Source of the DNA: Eledone cirrhosa
Taxonomy: Eukaryota
Direction of reading: 5' to 3'
Assembly: GCA_964016885.1 (NCBI GenBank)
Contig: OZ024743.1
Span: 374,108,001 to 374,172,000 of the forward strand
DNA length: 64,000 nt
The position numbers and the translations under genes were made by a program. The notes under the pieces were generated by a model. It saw only the letters and a list, made by a program, of their open reading frames with translations, was not told the origin of the DNA and did no database searches. This document shows, in pieces, positions 29,001-44,200 of this stretch; the stretch's first letter is position 1, and each line of letters starts with the position of its first letter.

Positions 29001-32000
29001 TACTACTGACTTACCCTATATGTTTATAGCCAACACTTGTTGCAATTTATGGTGCAGAGAACACAGTACTACTGACTTATACTACATGTTTATAGCCAAC
29101 ACATGTTGCACTTTATGGTGCAGAGAACACAGTACTACTGACTTACTCTACATGTTTATAGCCAACACATGTTGCACTTTATGGTGCAGAGAACACAGTA
29201 CTACTGACTTACTCTACATGTTTATAACCAACACTTGTTGCACTTTATGGTGAAGAGAACGAAGCACTACTGATTTACACTACATGTTTATAGCCAATAC
29301 TTGTTGTACCTATGTTGCACATAACACAGTACTACTGACTTACACTACATGTTTATAGCCAACACATGTTGCACTTTATGGTGCAGAGAACAGAGTACTA
29401 CTGACTTACTCTACATGTTTATAGCCAACACTTGTTGCACTTTATGGTGCAGAGAACGAAGAACTACTGACTTACACTACATGTTTATAGCCAACACATG
29501 TTGCACTTTATGGTGCAGAGAACACAGTACTACTGACTTGCTCTACATGTTTATAGCCAACACTTGTTGCACTTTATGGTGCAGAGAACGAAGTACTACT
29601 GATTTAAATTACATGTTTATAGCCAATACTTGTTGCACCTATGTTGCACATAACACAGTACTACTGACTTACACTACATGTTTATAGCCAACACTTGTTG
29701 CACTTTATGGTGCAGAGTACACGGTACTACTGACTTACTCTACATGTTTATAGCCAACACTTGTTGCACCTATGTTGCACATAACACAGTACTAATGACT
29801 TACACTACATGTTTATAGCCAACACGTGTTGCACTTTATGGTGCAGAGAACAAAGTACTAGTGGCTTACTCTACATGTTTATAGCCAACACTTGTTGCAC
29901 TTTATGGTGCAGAGAACAAAGTACTACTGACTTACTCTACATGTTTATAGCCAACACTTGTTGCGGTTTATGGTGCACATAACACAGTACTACTGACTTA
30001 CTCTACATGTTTATAGCGAACACTTGTTGCACCTATGTTACACATAACACAGTACTAATAACTTACACTACATGTTTATAGCCAACACGTGTTGCACTTT
30101 ATGGTGCAGAGAACAAAATACTAGTGGCTTACTCTACATGTTTATAGCCAACACTTGTTGCACTTTATGGTGCAGAGAACACGGTACTACTGACTTACTC
30201 TACGTGTTTATAGCCAACACTTTTGGACTTTATGGTGCAGAGAACAGGGTACGACTGACTTACTCTACATGTTTAAAGCCAACACTTGTTGCACTTTAGG
30301 ATGCAGAGAACACGGTACTACTGACTTACACTATATGTTTATAGCCAACACTTGTTGCACCTATGTTGCACATAACACAGTACTACTGACTTACACTACA
30401 TGTTTATAGCCAACACTTGTTGCACTTTATGGTGGAGAGAACAAAGTACTACTGGCTTACTCTACATGTTTATAGCCAACACTTGTTGCACTTTATGGTG
30501 CAGAGAACAAAGTACTACTGACTTACTCTACATGTTTATAGCCAACACTTGTTGCACCTATGTTGCACATAACACAGTACTACTGACTTACACTACATGT
30601 TTATAGCCAACACTTGTTGCACTTTATGGTGCAGAGTACACGGTACTACTGACTTACTCTACATGTTTATAGCCAAAACTTGTTGCACCTATGTTGCACA
30701 TAACACAGTACTACTGACTTACTCTACATTTTTATAGCCAACACTTGTTGCACTTTATGGTGCAGAGAACAAAGTACTACTGGCTAACTCTACATGTTTA
30801 TAGCCAACACTTGTTGCACTTTATGGTGCAGAGAACACAGTACTACTGACTTACTCTACATGTTTATAGGCAACACTTTTTGCACTTTATGGTGCAGAGA
30901 ATACAGTACTACTGACTTACTCTACATGTTTATAGCCAACACTTGTTGCACTTTATGGTGCAGAGAACAAAGTACTACTGACTTACACTACATGTTTATA
31001 GCCAACACATGTTGCACTTTATGGTGCAGAGAACACAGTACTACTGACTTACTCTACATGTTTATAGCCAACACTTGTTGCACCTATGTTGCACATAACA
31101 CAGTACTACTGACTTACACTATATGTTTATAGACAACACTTGTTGCACTTTATAGTGCAGAGTACACGGTACTACTGACTTACTCTACATGTTTATAGCC
31201 AACACTTTTTGCACTTTATGGTGCAGAGAACAAAGTACTACTGACTTACTCTACATGTTTATAGCCAACACTTGTTGCACCTATGTTGCACATAACACAG
31301 TACTACTGACTTACACTACATGTTTATAGCCAACACTTGTTGCACTTTATGGTGCAGAGAATACAGTACTACTGACTTAATCTACGTGTTTATAGCCAAC
31401 ACTTGTTGCACTTTATGGTGCAGAGAACAGGGTACTACTGACTTACTCTACATGTTTAAAGCCAACACTTGTTGCACTTTAGGATACAGAGAACACGGTA
31501 CTACTGACTTACATTACATGTTTATAGCCAACACTTGTTGAACTTTATGGTGCAGAGAACAAAGTACTACTGACTTACTCTACATGTATATAGCCAACAC
31601 GTGTTGCACTTTATGGTGCAGAGAACAAAGTACTAGTGGCTTACTCTACATGTTTATAGCCAACACTTGTTGCACTTTATGGTGCAGAGAACAAAGTACT
31701 ACTGACTTACTCTACATGTTTATAGCCAACACTTGTTGCACTTTATGGTGCAGAGAACAAAGTACTACTGACTTACTCTACATGTTTATAGCCAACACTT
31801 GTTGCACCTATGTTGCACATAACACAGTACTACTGACTTACACTACATGTTTATAGCCAACACTTGTTGCACTTTATGGTGCAGAGAACACGGGACTACT
31901 GACTTACTCTAAATGTTTATAGCCAACACTTGTTGCACCTATGTTGCACATAACACAGTACTAATGAGTTACACTACATGTTTATAGCCAACACGTGTTG

Positions 32001-32847
32001 CACTTTATGGTGCAGAGAACAAAGTACTAGTGGCTTACTCTACATGTTTATAGCCAACACTTGTTGCACTTTATGGTGCAGAGAACAAAGTACTACTGAC
32101 TTACTCTACATGTTTATAGCCAACACTTGTTGCGGTTTATGGTGCAGGCAGAGAACAAAGTACTACTGACTTACTCTACATGTTTATAGCCAACACTTGT
32201 TCCACCTATGTTGCACATAACACAGTACTAATGACTTACACTACATGTTTATAGCCAACACATGTTGCACTTTATGGTGCAGAGAACAAAGTACTAGTGG
32301 CTTACTCTACATGTTTATAGCCAACACATGTTGCACTTTATGGTGCAGAGAACTCGGTACTACTGACTTACTCTACATGTTTATAGCCAACATTTATTGA
32401 ACTTTATGGTGCAGAGAACAAAGTACTACTGACTTACTCTACATGTTTATAGCCAACACTTGTTGCACCTATGTTGCACATAACACAGTACTACTGACTT
32501 ACACTACATGTTTATAGCCAACACTTGTTGCACTTTATGGTGCAGAGAACAAAGTACTACTGGCTTACTCTACATGTTTATAGCCAACACTTGTTGCACT
32601 TTATGGTGCAGAGAACAAAGTACTACTGACTTACTCTACATGTTTATAGCCAACACTTGTTGCACCTATGTTGCACATAACACAGTACTACTGACTTACA
32701 CTACATGTTTATAGCCAACACTTGTTGCACTTTATGGTGCAGAGTACACCGTACTACTGACTTACTCTACATGTTTATAGCCAACACTTGTTGCACCTAT
32801 GTTGCACATAACACAGTACTAATGACTTACACTACATGTTTATAGCC
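23095..32847. repeat. Higher-order tandem duplication, period 4805-4871 bp (73-74 monomers), two copies
   Basis: ORFs match at offset 4805 (23160/27965, 23885/28690, 25595/30400), then 4871 (26449/31320, 27637/32508) after a one-monomer indel near 25950/30780. Private markers gccgacatttg and gtacaccgtac are shared. Confidence 0.92.
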
Positions 32848-35800
32848 AACACGTGTTGCACTTTATGGTGCAGAGAACAAAGTACTAGTGGCTTACTCTA
32901 CATGTTTATAGCCAACACTTGTTGCACTTTATGGTGCAGAGAACAAAGTACTACTGACTTACTCTACATGTTTATAGCCAACACTTGTTGCGGTTTATGG
33001 TGCACATAACACAGTACTACTGACTTACTCTACATGTTTATAACGAACACTTGTTGCACCTATGTTATACATAACACAGTACTAATAACTTACACTACAT
33101 GTTTATAGCCAACACGTGTTGCACTTTATGGTGCAGAGAACAAAATACTGGTGGCTTACTCTACATGTTTATAGCCAACACTTGTTGCACTTTATGGTGC
33201 AGAGAACACGGTACTACTGACTTACTCTACGTGTTTATAGCCAACACTTGTTGCACTTTATGGTGCAGAGAACAGGGTACGACTGACTTACTCTACATGT
33301 TTAAAGCCAACACTTGTTGCACTTTAGGATGCAGAGAACACGGTACTACTGACTTACACTATATGTTTATAGCCAACACTTGTTGCACCTATGTTGCACA
33401 TAACACAGTACTACTGACTTACACTACATGTTTATAGCCAACACTTGTTGCACTTTATGGTGGAGAGAACAAAGTACTACTGGCTTACTCTACATGTTTA
33501 TAGCCAACACTTGTTGCACTTTATGGTGCAGAGAACAAAGTACTACTGACTTACTCTACATGTTTATAGCCAACACTTGTTGCACCTATGTTGCACATAA
33601 CACAGTACTACTGACTTACACTACATTTTTATAGCCAACACTTGTTGCACTTTATGGTGCAGAGAACAAAGTACTACTGGCTAACTCTACATGTTTATAG
33701 CCAACACTTGTTGCACTTTATGGTGCAGAGAACACAGTACTACTGACTTACTCTACATGTTTATAGCCAACACTTTTTGCACTTTATGGTGCAGAGAATA
33801 CAGTACTACTGACTTACTCTACATGTTTATAGCCAACACTTGTTGCACTTTATGGTGCAGAGAACAAAGTGTTACTGACTTACACTACATGTTTATAGCC
33901 AACACATGTTGCACTTTATGGTGCAGAGAACACAGTACTACTGACTTACTCTACATGTTTATAGCCAACACTTGTTGCACCTATGTTATACATAACACAG
34001 TACTAATGACTAACACTATATGTTTATAGACAACACTTGTTGCACTTTATAGTGCAGAGCACACGGTACTACTGACTTACTCTACATGTTTATAGCCAAC
34101 ACTTTTTGCACTTTATGGTGCAGAGAACAAAGTACTACTGACTTACTCTACATGTTTATAGCCAACACTTGTTGCACTTTATGGTGCAGAGAATACAGTA
34201 CTACTGACTTAATCTACGTGTTTATAGCCAACACTTGTTGCACTTTATGGTGCAGAGAACAGGGTACTACTGACTTACTCTACATGTTTAAAGCCAACAC
34301 TTGTTGCACTTTAGGATGCAGAGAACACGGTACTACTGACTTACATTACATGTTTATAGCCAACACTTGTTGAACTTTATGGTGCAGAGAACAAAGTACT
34401 ACTGACTTACTCTACATGTATATAGCCAACACGTGTTGCACTTTATGGTGCAGAGAACAAAGTACTAGTGGCTTACTCTACATGTTTATAGCCAACACTT
34501 GTTGCACTTTATGTTGCAGAGAACAAAGTACTACTGACTTACTCTACATGTTTATAGCCAACACTTGTTGCACCTATGTTGCACATAACACAGTACTAAT
34601 GAGTTACACTACATGTTTATAGCCAACACGTGTTGCACTTTATGGTGCAGAGAACAAAGTACTAGTGGCTTACTCTACATGTTTATAGCCAACACTTGTT
34701 GCACTTTATGGTGCAGAGAACAAAGTACTACTGACTTACTCTACATGTTTATAGCCAACACTTGTTGCGGTTTATGGTGCAGGCAGAGAACAAAGTACTA
34801 CTGACTTACTCTACATGTTTATAGCCAACACTTGTTCCACCTATGTTGCACATAACACAGTACTAATGACTTACACTACATGTTTATAGCCAACACATGT
34901 TGCACTTTATGGTGCAGAGAACAAAGTACTAGTGGCTTACTCTACATGTTTATAGCCAACACATGTTGCACTTTATGGTGCAGAGAACTCGGTACTACTG
35001 ACTTACTCTACATGTTTATAGCCAACACTTGTTGAACTTTATGGTGCAGAGAACAAAGTACTACTGACTTACTCTACATGTTTATAGCCAACACTTGTTG
35101 CATCTATGTTGCACATAACACAGTACTACTGACTTACACTACATGTTTATAGCCAACACTTGTTGCACTTTATGGTGCAGAGAACAAAGTACTACTGGCT
35201 TACTCTACATGTTTATAGCCAACACTTGTTGCACTTCATGGTGCAGAGAAGAAAGTACTACTGACTTACTCTACATGTTTATAGCCAACACTTGTTGCAC
35301 CTATGTTGCACATAAAACAGTACTACTGACTTACACTACATGTTTATAGCCAACACTTGTTGCACTTTATAGTGCAGAGTACACGGTACTACTGACATAC
35401 TCTACATGTTTATAGCCAACACTTGTTGAACTTTATGGTGCAGAGAACACAGTACTACTGACTTACTCTAAATGTTTATAGCCAACACTTGTTGCACCTA
35501 TGTTGCACATAACACAGTACTAATGACTTACACTACATGTTTATAGCCGACACTTGTTGCACTTTATGGTGCAGAGAACAAAGCACTACTGACTTACTCT
35601 ACATGTTTATAGCCAACACTTATTGCACTTTATGGTGCAGAGAATACAGTACTACTGACTTACTCTACATCTTTATAGCCAACACTTGTTGCACTTTATG
35701 GTGCAGAGAACGAAGTTCTACTGACTTACACTATATGTTTATAGCCAATACATGTTGCACTTTATGGTGCAGAGAACACAGTACTACTGACTTACTCTAC

Positions 35801-38800
35801 ATGTTTATAGCCAACACATGTTGCACTTTATGGTGCAGAGAACACAGTACTACTGAGTTACTATACATGTTTATAGCCAACACTTGTTGCACTTCATGGT
35901 GCAGAGAACGAAGTACTACTGACTTACACTACATGTTTATAGCCAACACATGTTGCACTTTATGGTGCAGAGAACACAGTACTACTGACTTACTCTACAT
36001 GTTTATAGCCAACACTTGTTGCACTTTATGTTGCACATAACACAGTACTACTGACTTTCACTACATATTTATAGCCAACACTTGTTGCACTTTAGGATGC
36101 AGAGAACACGGTACTACTGACTTACTCTAAATGTTTATAGCCAACACTTGTTGCACTTTAGGATGCAGAGAACACGGTACTACTGACTTACTCTACTTGT
36201 TTATAGCCAACACTTGTTGCACTTTATGGTGCAAAGAACACGGTACTACTGACTTACCCTACATGTTTATAGCCAACACTTGTTGCACTTTATGGTGCAG
36301 AGAACACTGGACTACAGACTTACTCTACATGTTTATAGCCAACACTTTTTGCACTTTATGGTGCAGAGAATACAGTACTACTGACTTACTCTACATCTTC
36401 ATAGCCAACACTTGTTGCACTTTATGGTGCAGAGAACAAAGTACTACTGACTTACCCTATATGTTTATAGCCAACACTTGTTGCAATTTATGGTGCAGAG
36501 AACACAGTACTACTGACTTATACTACATGTTTATAGCCAACACATGTTCCACTTTATGGTGCAGAGAACACAGTACTACTGACTTACTCTACATGTTTAT
36601 AGCCAACACATGTTGCACTTTATGGTGCAGAGAACACAGTACTACTGACTTACTCTACATGTTTATAGCCAACACTTGTTGCACTTTATGGTGAAGAGAA
36701 CGAAGCACTACTGATTTACACTACATGTTTATAGCCAATACTTGTTGTACCTATGTTGCACATAACACAGTACTACTGACTTACACTACATGTTTATAGC
36801 CAACACATGTTGCACTTTATGGTGCAGAGAACAGAGTATTACTGACTTACTCTACATGTTTATAGCCAACACTTGTTGCACTTTATAGTGCAGAGAACGA
36901 AGTACTACTGACTTACACTACATGTTTATAGCCAACACATGTTGCACTTTATGGTGCAGAGAACACAGTACTACTGACTTGCTCTACATGTTTATAGCCA
37001 ACACTTGTTGCACTTTATGGTGCAGAGAACGAAGTACTACTGATTTAAATTACATGTTTATAGCCAATACTTGTTGCACCTATGTTGCACATAACACAGT
37101 ACTACTGACTTACACTACATGTTTATAGCCAACACATGTTGCACTTTATGGTGCAGAGAACACAGTACTACTGACTTACTCTACATGTTTATAGCCAACA
37201 CTTGTTGAACTTTATGGTGCAGAGAACAAAGTACTACTGACTTACTCTACATGTTTATAGCCAACACTTGTTGCACCTATGTTGCACATAACACAGTACT
37301 ACTGACATACACTACATTTTTATAGCCAACACATGTTGCACTTTATGGTGCAGAGAACAAAGTACTACTGGCTTACTCTACATGTTTATAGCCAACACTT
37401 GTTGCACTTTATGGTGCAGAGAACAAAGTACTACTGACTTACTCTACATGTTTATAGCCAACACTTGTTGCACTTTATGGGCAGAGAACAAAGTACTACT
37501 GACTTACACTACATGTTTATAGCCAACACATGTTGCACTTTATGGTGCAGAGAACACAGTACTACTGACTTACTCTACATGTTTATAGCCAACACATGTT
37601 GCACTTTATGGTGCAGAGAACACTGGACTACTGGCTTACTCTACATGTTTATAGCCAACACTTGTTGCACTATATGGTGCAGAGAACACAGTACTACTGG
37701 CTTACTCTACATGTTTATAGCCAACACTTGTTGCACTTTATGGTGCAGAGAACAAAGTACTACTGACTTACTCTACATGTTTATAGCCAACACATGTTGC
37801 ACTTTATGGTGCAGAGAACACTGGACTACTGGCTTACTATACATGTTTATAGCCAACACTTGTTGCACTATATGGTGCAGAGAACACAGTACTACTGACT
37901 TACTCTACATGTTTATAGCCAACACTTGTTGCACTTTATGGTGCAGAGAACACTGGACTACTGGCTTACTCTACATGTTTATAGCCAACACTTGTTGCAC
38001 TATATGGTGCAGAGAATACAGTACTACTGCCTTACTCTACATGTTTATAGCCAACACATGTTGCACTTTATGGTGCAGAGAACGAAGTACTACTGACTTA
38101 CACTACATGTTTATAGCCAACACATGTTGCACTTTATGGTGCAGAGAACACAGTACTACTGACTTACTCTACATGTTTATAGCCAACACATGTTGCACTT
38201 TATGGTGCAGAGAACACAGTACTACTGACATACTCTACATGTTTATAGCCAACACTTGTTGCACTTTATGGTGCAGAGAACGAAGTACTACTGACTTACA
38301 CTACATGTTTATAACCAACACATGTTGCACTTTATGGTGCAGAGAACACAGTACTACTGACTTACTCTACATGTTTATAGCCAACACTTGTTGCACTTTA
38401 TGGTGAAGAGAACGAAGCACTACTGATTTACACTACATGTTTATAGCCAATACTTGTTGTACCTATGTTGCATATAACACAGTATTACTGACTTACACTA
38501 CATGTTTATAGCCAACACATGTTGAACTTTATGGTGCAGAGAACAGAGTACTACTGACTTACTCTACATGTTTATAGCCAACACTTGTTGCAATTTATGG
38601 TGCAGAGAACGAAGTACTACTGACTTACACTACATGTTTATAGCCAACACATGTTGCACTTTATGGTGCAGAGAACACAGTACTACTGACTTACTCTACA
38701 TGTTTATAGCCAACACTTGTTGCACTTTATGGTGCAGAGAACAAAGTACTACTGACTTACTCTACATGTTTATAGCCAACATTTGTTGCACCTATGTTGC

Positions 38801-40251
38801 ACATAACACAGTACTACTGACTTACACTACATGTTTATAGCCAACACTTGTTGCACTTTATGGTGCAGAGAATACAGTACTACTGACTTACTCTACATGT
38901 TTATAGCCAACACTTGTTGCACTTTATGGTGCAGAGAACAAAGTACTACTGACTTACTCTACATGTTTATAGCCAACATTTGTTGCACCTATGTTGCACA
39001 TAACACGGTACTACTGACTTACTCTACATGTTTATAGCCAACACATTTTGCACTTTATGGTGCAGAGAATACAGTACTACTGACTTACACTACATCTTTA
39101 TAGCCAACACTTGTTGCACTTTATGGTGCAGAGAACGAAGTACTACTGACTTACACTACATGTTTATAGCCAACACTTGTTGCACTTTATGGTGCAGAGT
39201 ACACGGTACTACTGACTTACTCTAAATGTTTATAGCCAACACTTGTTGCACTTTATGGTGCAGAGAACACGGTACTACTGACATACTCTACATGTTTATA
39301 GCCAACACTTGTTGCACTTTATGGTGCAGAGAACACAGTACTACTGACTTACTCTACATGTTTATAGCCAACACTTGTTGCACTTTAGGATGCAGAGAAC
39401 ACGGTACTACTGACTTACTCTACATGTTTATAGCCAACACTTGTTGCACTTTATGGTGCAGAGAACAAAGTACTGACTTACTCTACATGTTTATAGACAA
39501 CACTTGTTGCACTTTATGGTGCAGCGAATACAGTACTACTGACTTAATCTACATGTTTATAGCCAACACTTGTTGCACTTTATGGTGCAGAGAACACAGT
39601 ACTACTGACTTAGTCTCCATGTTTATAGCCAACACTTGTTACACTTTATGGTGCACAGAACAAAGTACTACTGACTTACTCTACATGTTTATAGACAACA
39701 CTTGTTGCACTTTAGGATGCAGAGAACACGGTACTACTGACTTACCCTACATGTTTATAGCCAACACTTGTTGCACTTTATGGTGCAGAGAACACAGTAC
39801 TACTGACTTACTCGATATGTTTATAGCCAACACTTGTTGCACTTTATGGTGCAGAGAACAAAGTACTACTGACTTACTCTAAATGTTTATAGCCAACACT
39901 TGTTGCACTTTATGGTGCAGAGAACAAAGTACTACTGACTTACTCTACATGTTTATAGCCAACACTTGTTGCACTTTATGGTGCAGAGAATACAGTACTA
40001 CTGACTTACTCTACATGTTTATAGCCAACACTTGTTGCTCTTTATGGTGCAGAGAACACGGTACTACTGATTTACTCTACATGTTTATAGCCAACACTTG
40101 TTGCTCTTTATGGTGCAGAGAACAAAGTACTACTGACTTACTCTACATGTTTATAGGCAACATTTGTTGCACCTATGTTGCACATAACACAGTACTACTG
40201 ACTTACACTACATGTTTATAGCCAACACTTGTTGCACTTTATGGTGCAGAG
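28070..40251. repeat. ~12-kb block, copy B of the long-range intra-array duplication
   Basis: Same order of rare variants as 10750-22805, including the tttatgggcagag deletion (~19968/37480) and the aaagtactgactt 3-bp deletion (~22021/39468). Confidence 0.88.
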
Positions 40252-43200
40252 TACACAGTACTACTGACATACTCTACATGTTTATAGCCAACACTTGTTG
40301 AATTTTATGGTGCAGAGAACAAAGTACTACTGACTTACTCTACATCTTTATAGCCAACACTTGTTGCACTTTATGGTGCAGAGAACGAAGTACTACTGAC
40401 TTACACTACATGTTTATAGCCAACACTTGTTGCACTTTATGGTGCAGAGTACACGGTACTACTGACATACTCTAAATGTTTATAGCCAACACTTGTTGAA
40501 TTTTATGGTGCAGAGAACACGGTACTACTGACATACTCTACATGTTTATAGCCAACACTTGTTGCACTTTATGGTGCAGAGAACACGGTACTACTGACAT
40601 ACTCTACATGTTTATAGCCAACACTTGTTGCACTTTATGGTGCAGAGAACACAGTACTACTGACTTACTCTACATGTTTATAGCCAACACTTGTTGCACT
40701 TTAGGATGCAGAGAACACGGTACTACTGACTTACTCTACATGTTTATAGCCAACACTTGTTGCACTTTATGGTGCAGAGAACACAGTACTACTGACTTAC
40801 TCGATATGTTTATAGCCAACACTTGTTGCACTTTATGGTGCAGAGAACAAAGTACTACTAACTTACTCAAAATGTTTATAGCCAACATTTGTTGCACTTT
40901 ATGGTGCAGAGAACAAAGTACTACTGACTTACTCTACATGATTATAGCCAACACTTTTTGCACTTTATGGTGCAGCGAATACAGTACTACTGACTTAATC
41001 TACATGTTTATAGCCAACACTTGTTGCACTTTATGGTGCAGAGAACACAGTACTACTGACTTAGTCTCCATGTTTATAGCCAACACTTGTTGCACTTTAT
41101 GGTGCACAGAACAAAGTACTACTGACTTACTCTACATGTTTATAGCCAACACTTGTTGCACTTTATGGTGCAGAGAACACAGTACTAATGACTTACTCTA
41201 CGAGTTTATAGCCAACACTTGTTGCACCTATGTTGCACATAACACAGTACTACTGACTTACACTACATGTTTATAGCCAACACTTGTTGCACTTTATGGT
41301 GCAGAGTACACGGTACTACTGACTTACTCTACAAGTTTATAGCCAACACTTGTTGCACTTTATGGTGCAGAGAACACGGTACTACTGACTTACTCTACAT
41401 GTTTATAGCCAACACTTGTTGCACTTTATGGTGCAGAGAACACAGTACTACTGACTTACTCTACATGTTTATAGACAACACTTGTTGCACTTTAGGATGC
41501 AGAGAACACGGTACTACTGACTTACCCTACATGTTTATAGCCAACACTTGTTGCACTTTATGGTGCAGAGAACACAGTACTACTGTCTTACTCGATATGT
41601 TTATAGCCAACACTTGTTGCACTTTATGGTGCAGAGAACAAAGTACTACTGACTTACTCTAAATGTTTATAGCCAACACTTGTTGCACTTTATGGTGCAG
41701 AGAACAAAGTACTACTGACTTACTGTACATGTTTATAGCCAACACTTTTTGCACTTTATGGTGCAGAGAATACAGTACTACTGACTTACTCTACATGTTT
41801 ATAGCCAACACTTGTTGCACTTTATGGTGCAGAGAACAAAGTACTACTGACTTAATCTACATGTTTATAGCCAACACTTTTTGCACTTTATGGTGCAGAG
41901 AACACAGTACTAATGACTTACTCTACGAGTTTATAGCCAACACTTGTTGCACCTATGTTGCACATAACACAGTACTACTGACTTACACTACATGTTTTTA
42001 GCCAACACTTGTTGCACTTTATGGTGCAGAGTACACGGTACTACTGACTTACTCTACATGTTTATAGCCAACACTTGTTGCACTTTATGGTGCAGATAAC
42101 ACGGTACTACTGACTTACTCTACATGTTTATAGCCAACACTTGTTGCACTTTATGGTGCAGAGAACAAAGTACTACTGACTTACTCTAAATGTTTATAGC
42201 CAACACTTGTTGCACTTTATGGTGCAGAGAACACAGTACTACTGACTTACTCTACATGATTATAGCCAACACTTTTTGCACTTTATGGTGCAGAGAATAC
42301 AGTACTACTGACTTAATCTACATGTTTATAGCCAACACTTGTTGCACTTTATGGTGCAGAGAACACAGTACTACTGACTTACTCTACATGATTATAGCCA
42401 ACACTTTTTGCACTTTATGGTGCAGAGCATACAGTACTACTGACTTAATCTACATGTTTATAGCCAACACTTGTTGCACTTTATGGTGCAGAGAACACAG
42501 TACTACTGACTTACTCTACATGTTTATAGCCAACACATGTTGCACTTTATGGTGCACAGAACAAAGTACTACTGACTTACTCTACATGTTTATAGCCAAC
42601 ACTTGTTGCACTTTATGGTGCAGAGAACACAGTACTAATGACTTACTCTACGAGTTTATAGCCAACACTTGTTGCACCTATGTTGCACATAACACAGTAC
42701 TACTGACTTAAACTACATGTTTATAGCCAACACTTGTTGCACTTTATGGTGCAGAGTACACGGTACTACTGACTTACTCTACAAGTTTATAGCCAACACT
42801 TGTTGCACTTTATGGTGCAGAGAACACGGTACTACTGACTTACTCTACATGTTTATAGCCAACACTTGTTGCACTTTATGGTGCAGAGAACACAGTACTA
42901 CTGACTTACTCTACATGTTTATAGACAACACTTGTTGCACTTTAGGATGCAGAGAACACGGTACTACTGACTTACCCTACGTGTTTATAGCCAACACTTG
43001 TTGCACTTTATGGTGCAGAGAACACAGTACTACTGACTTACTCGATATGTTTATAGCCAACACTTGTTGCACTTTATGGTGCAGAGAACAAAGTACTACT
43101 GACTTACTCTAAATGTTTATAGCCAACACTTGTTGCACTTTATGGTGCAGAGAACAAAGTACTACTGACTTACTCTACATGTTTATAGCCAACACTTTTT

Positions 43201-44200
43201 GCACTTTATGGTGCAGAGAATACAGTACTACTGACTTACTCTACATGTTTATAGCCAACACTTTTTGCACTTTATGGTGCAGAGAATACAGTACTACTGA
43301 CTTACTCTACATGTTTATAGCCAACACTTGTTGCACTTTATGGTGCAGAGAACACAGTACTACTGACTTAGTCTCCATGTTAATAGCCAACACTTGTTGC
43401 ACTTTATGGTGCAGAGAACAAAGTACTACTGACTTAATCTACATGTTTATAGCCAACACTTGTTGCACTTTATGGTGCAGAGAACACAGTACTAATGACT
43501 TACTCTACGAGTTTATAGCCAACACTTGTTGCACCTATGTTGCACATAGCACAGTACTACTGACTTACACTACATGTTTTTAGCCAACACTTGTTGCACT
43601 TTATGGTGCAGAGTACACGGTACTACTGACATATTCTACATGTTTATAGCCAACACTTGTTGCACTTTATGGTGCAGAGAACACGGTACTACTGACTTAC
43701 TCTACATGTTTATAGCCAACACTTGTTGCACTTTATGGTGCAGAGAACACAGTACTACTGACTTACTCTACATGTTTATAGCCAACACTTGTTGCACTTT
43801 AGGATGCAGAGAACACGGTACTACTGACTTACCCTACATGTTTATAGCCAACACTTGTTGCACTTTATGGTGCAGAGAACACAGTACTACTGACTTACTC
43901 GATATGTTTATAGCCAACACTTGTTGCACTTTATGGTGCAGAGAACAAAGTACTACTGACTTACTCTAAATGTTTATAGCCAACACTTGTTGCCCTTTAT
44001 GGTGCAGAGAACAAAGTACTACTGACTTACTGTACATGTTTATAGCCAACACTTTTTGCACTTTATGGTGCAGAGAATACAGTACTACTGACTTACTCTA
44101 CATGTTTATAGCCAACACTTTTTGCACTTTATGGTGCAGAGAATACAGTACTACTGACTTACTCTACATGTTTATAGCCAACACTTGTTGCACTTTATGG
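40252..44200. repeat. Middle satellite sub-domain with short, looser HORs of ~1450 bp (22 monomers) and ~857 bp (13 monomers)
   Basis: ORF offsets 41267/42717 and 41663/43113 (1450); 42717/43574 and 43113/43970 (857). Local markers tacgagttt, tacaagttt, atgattata, atgttttta. Confidence 0.8.
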
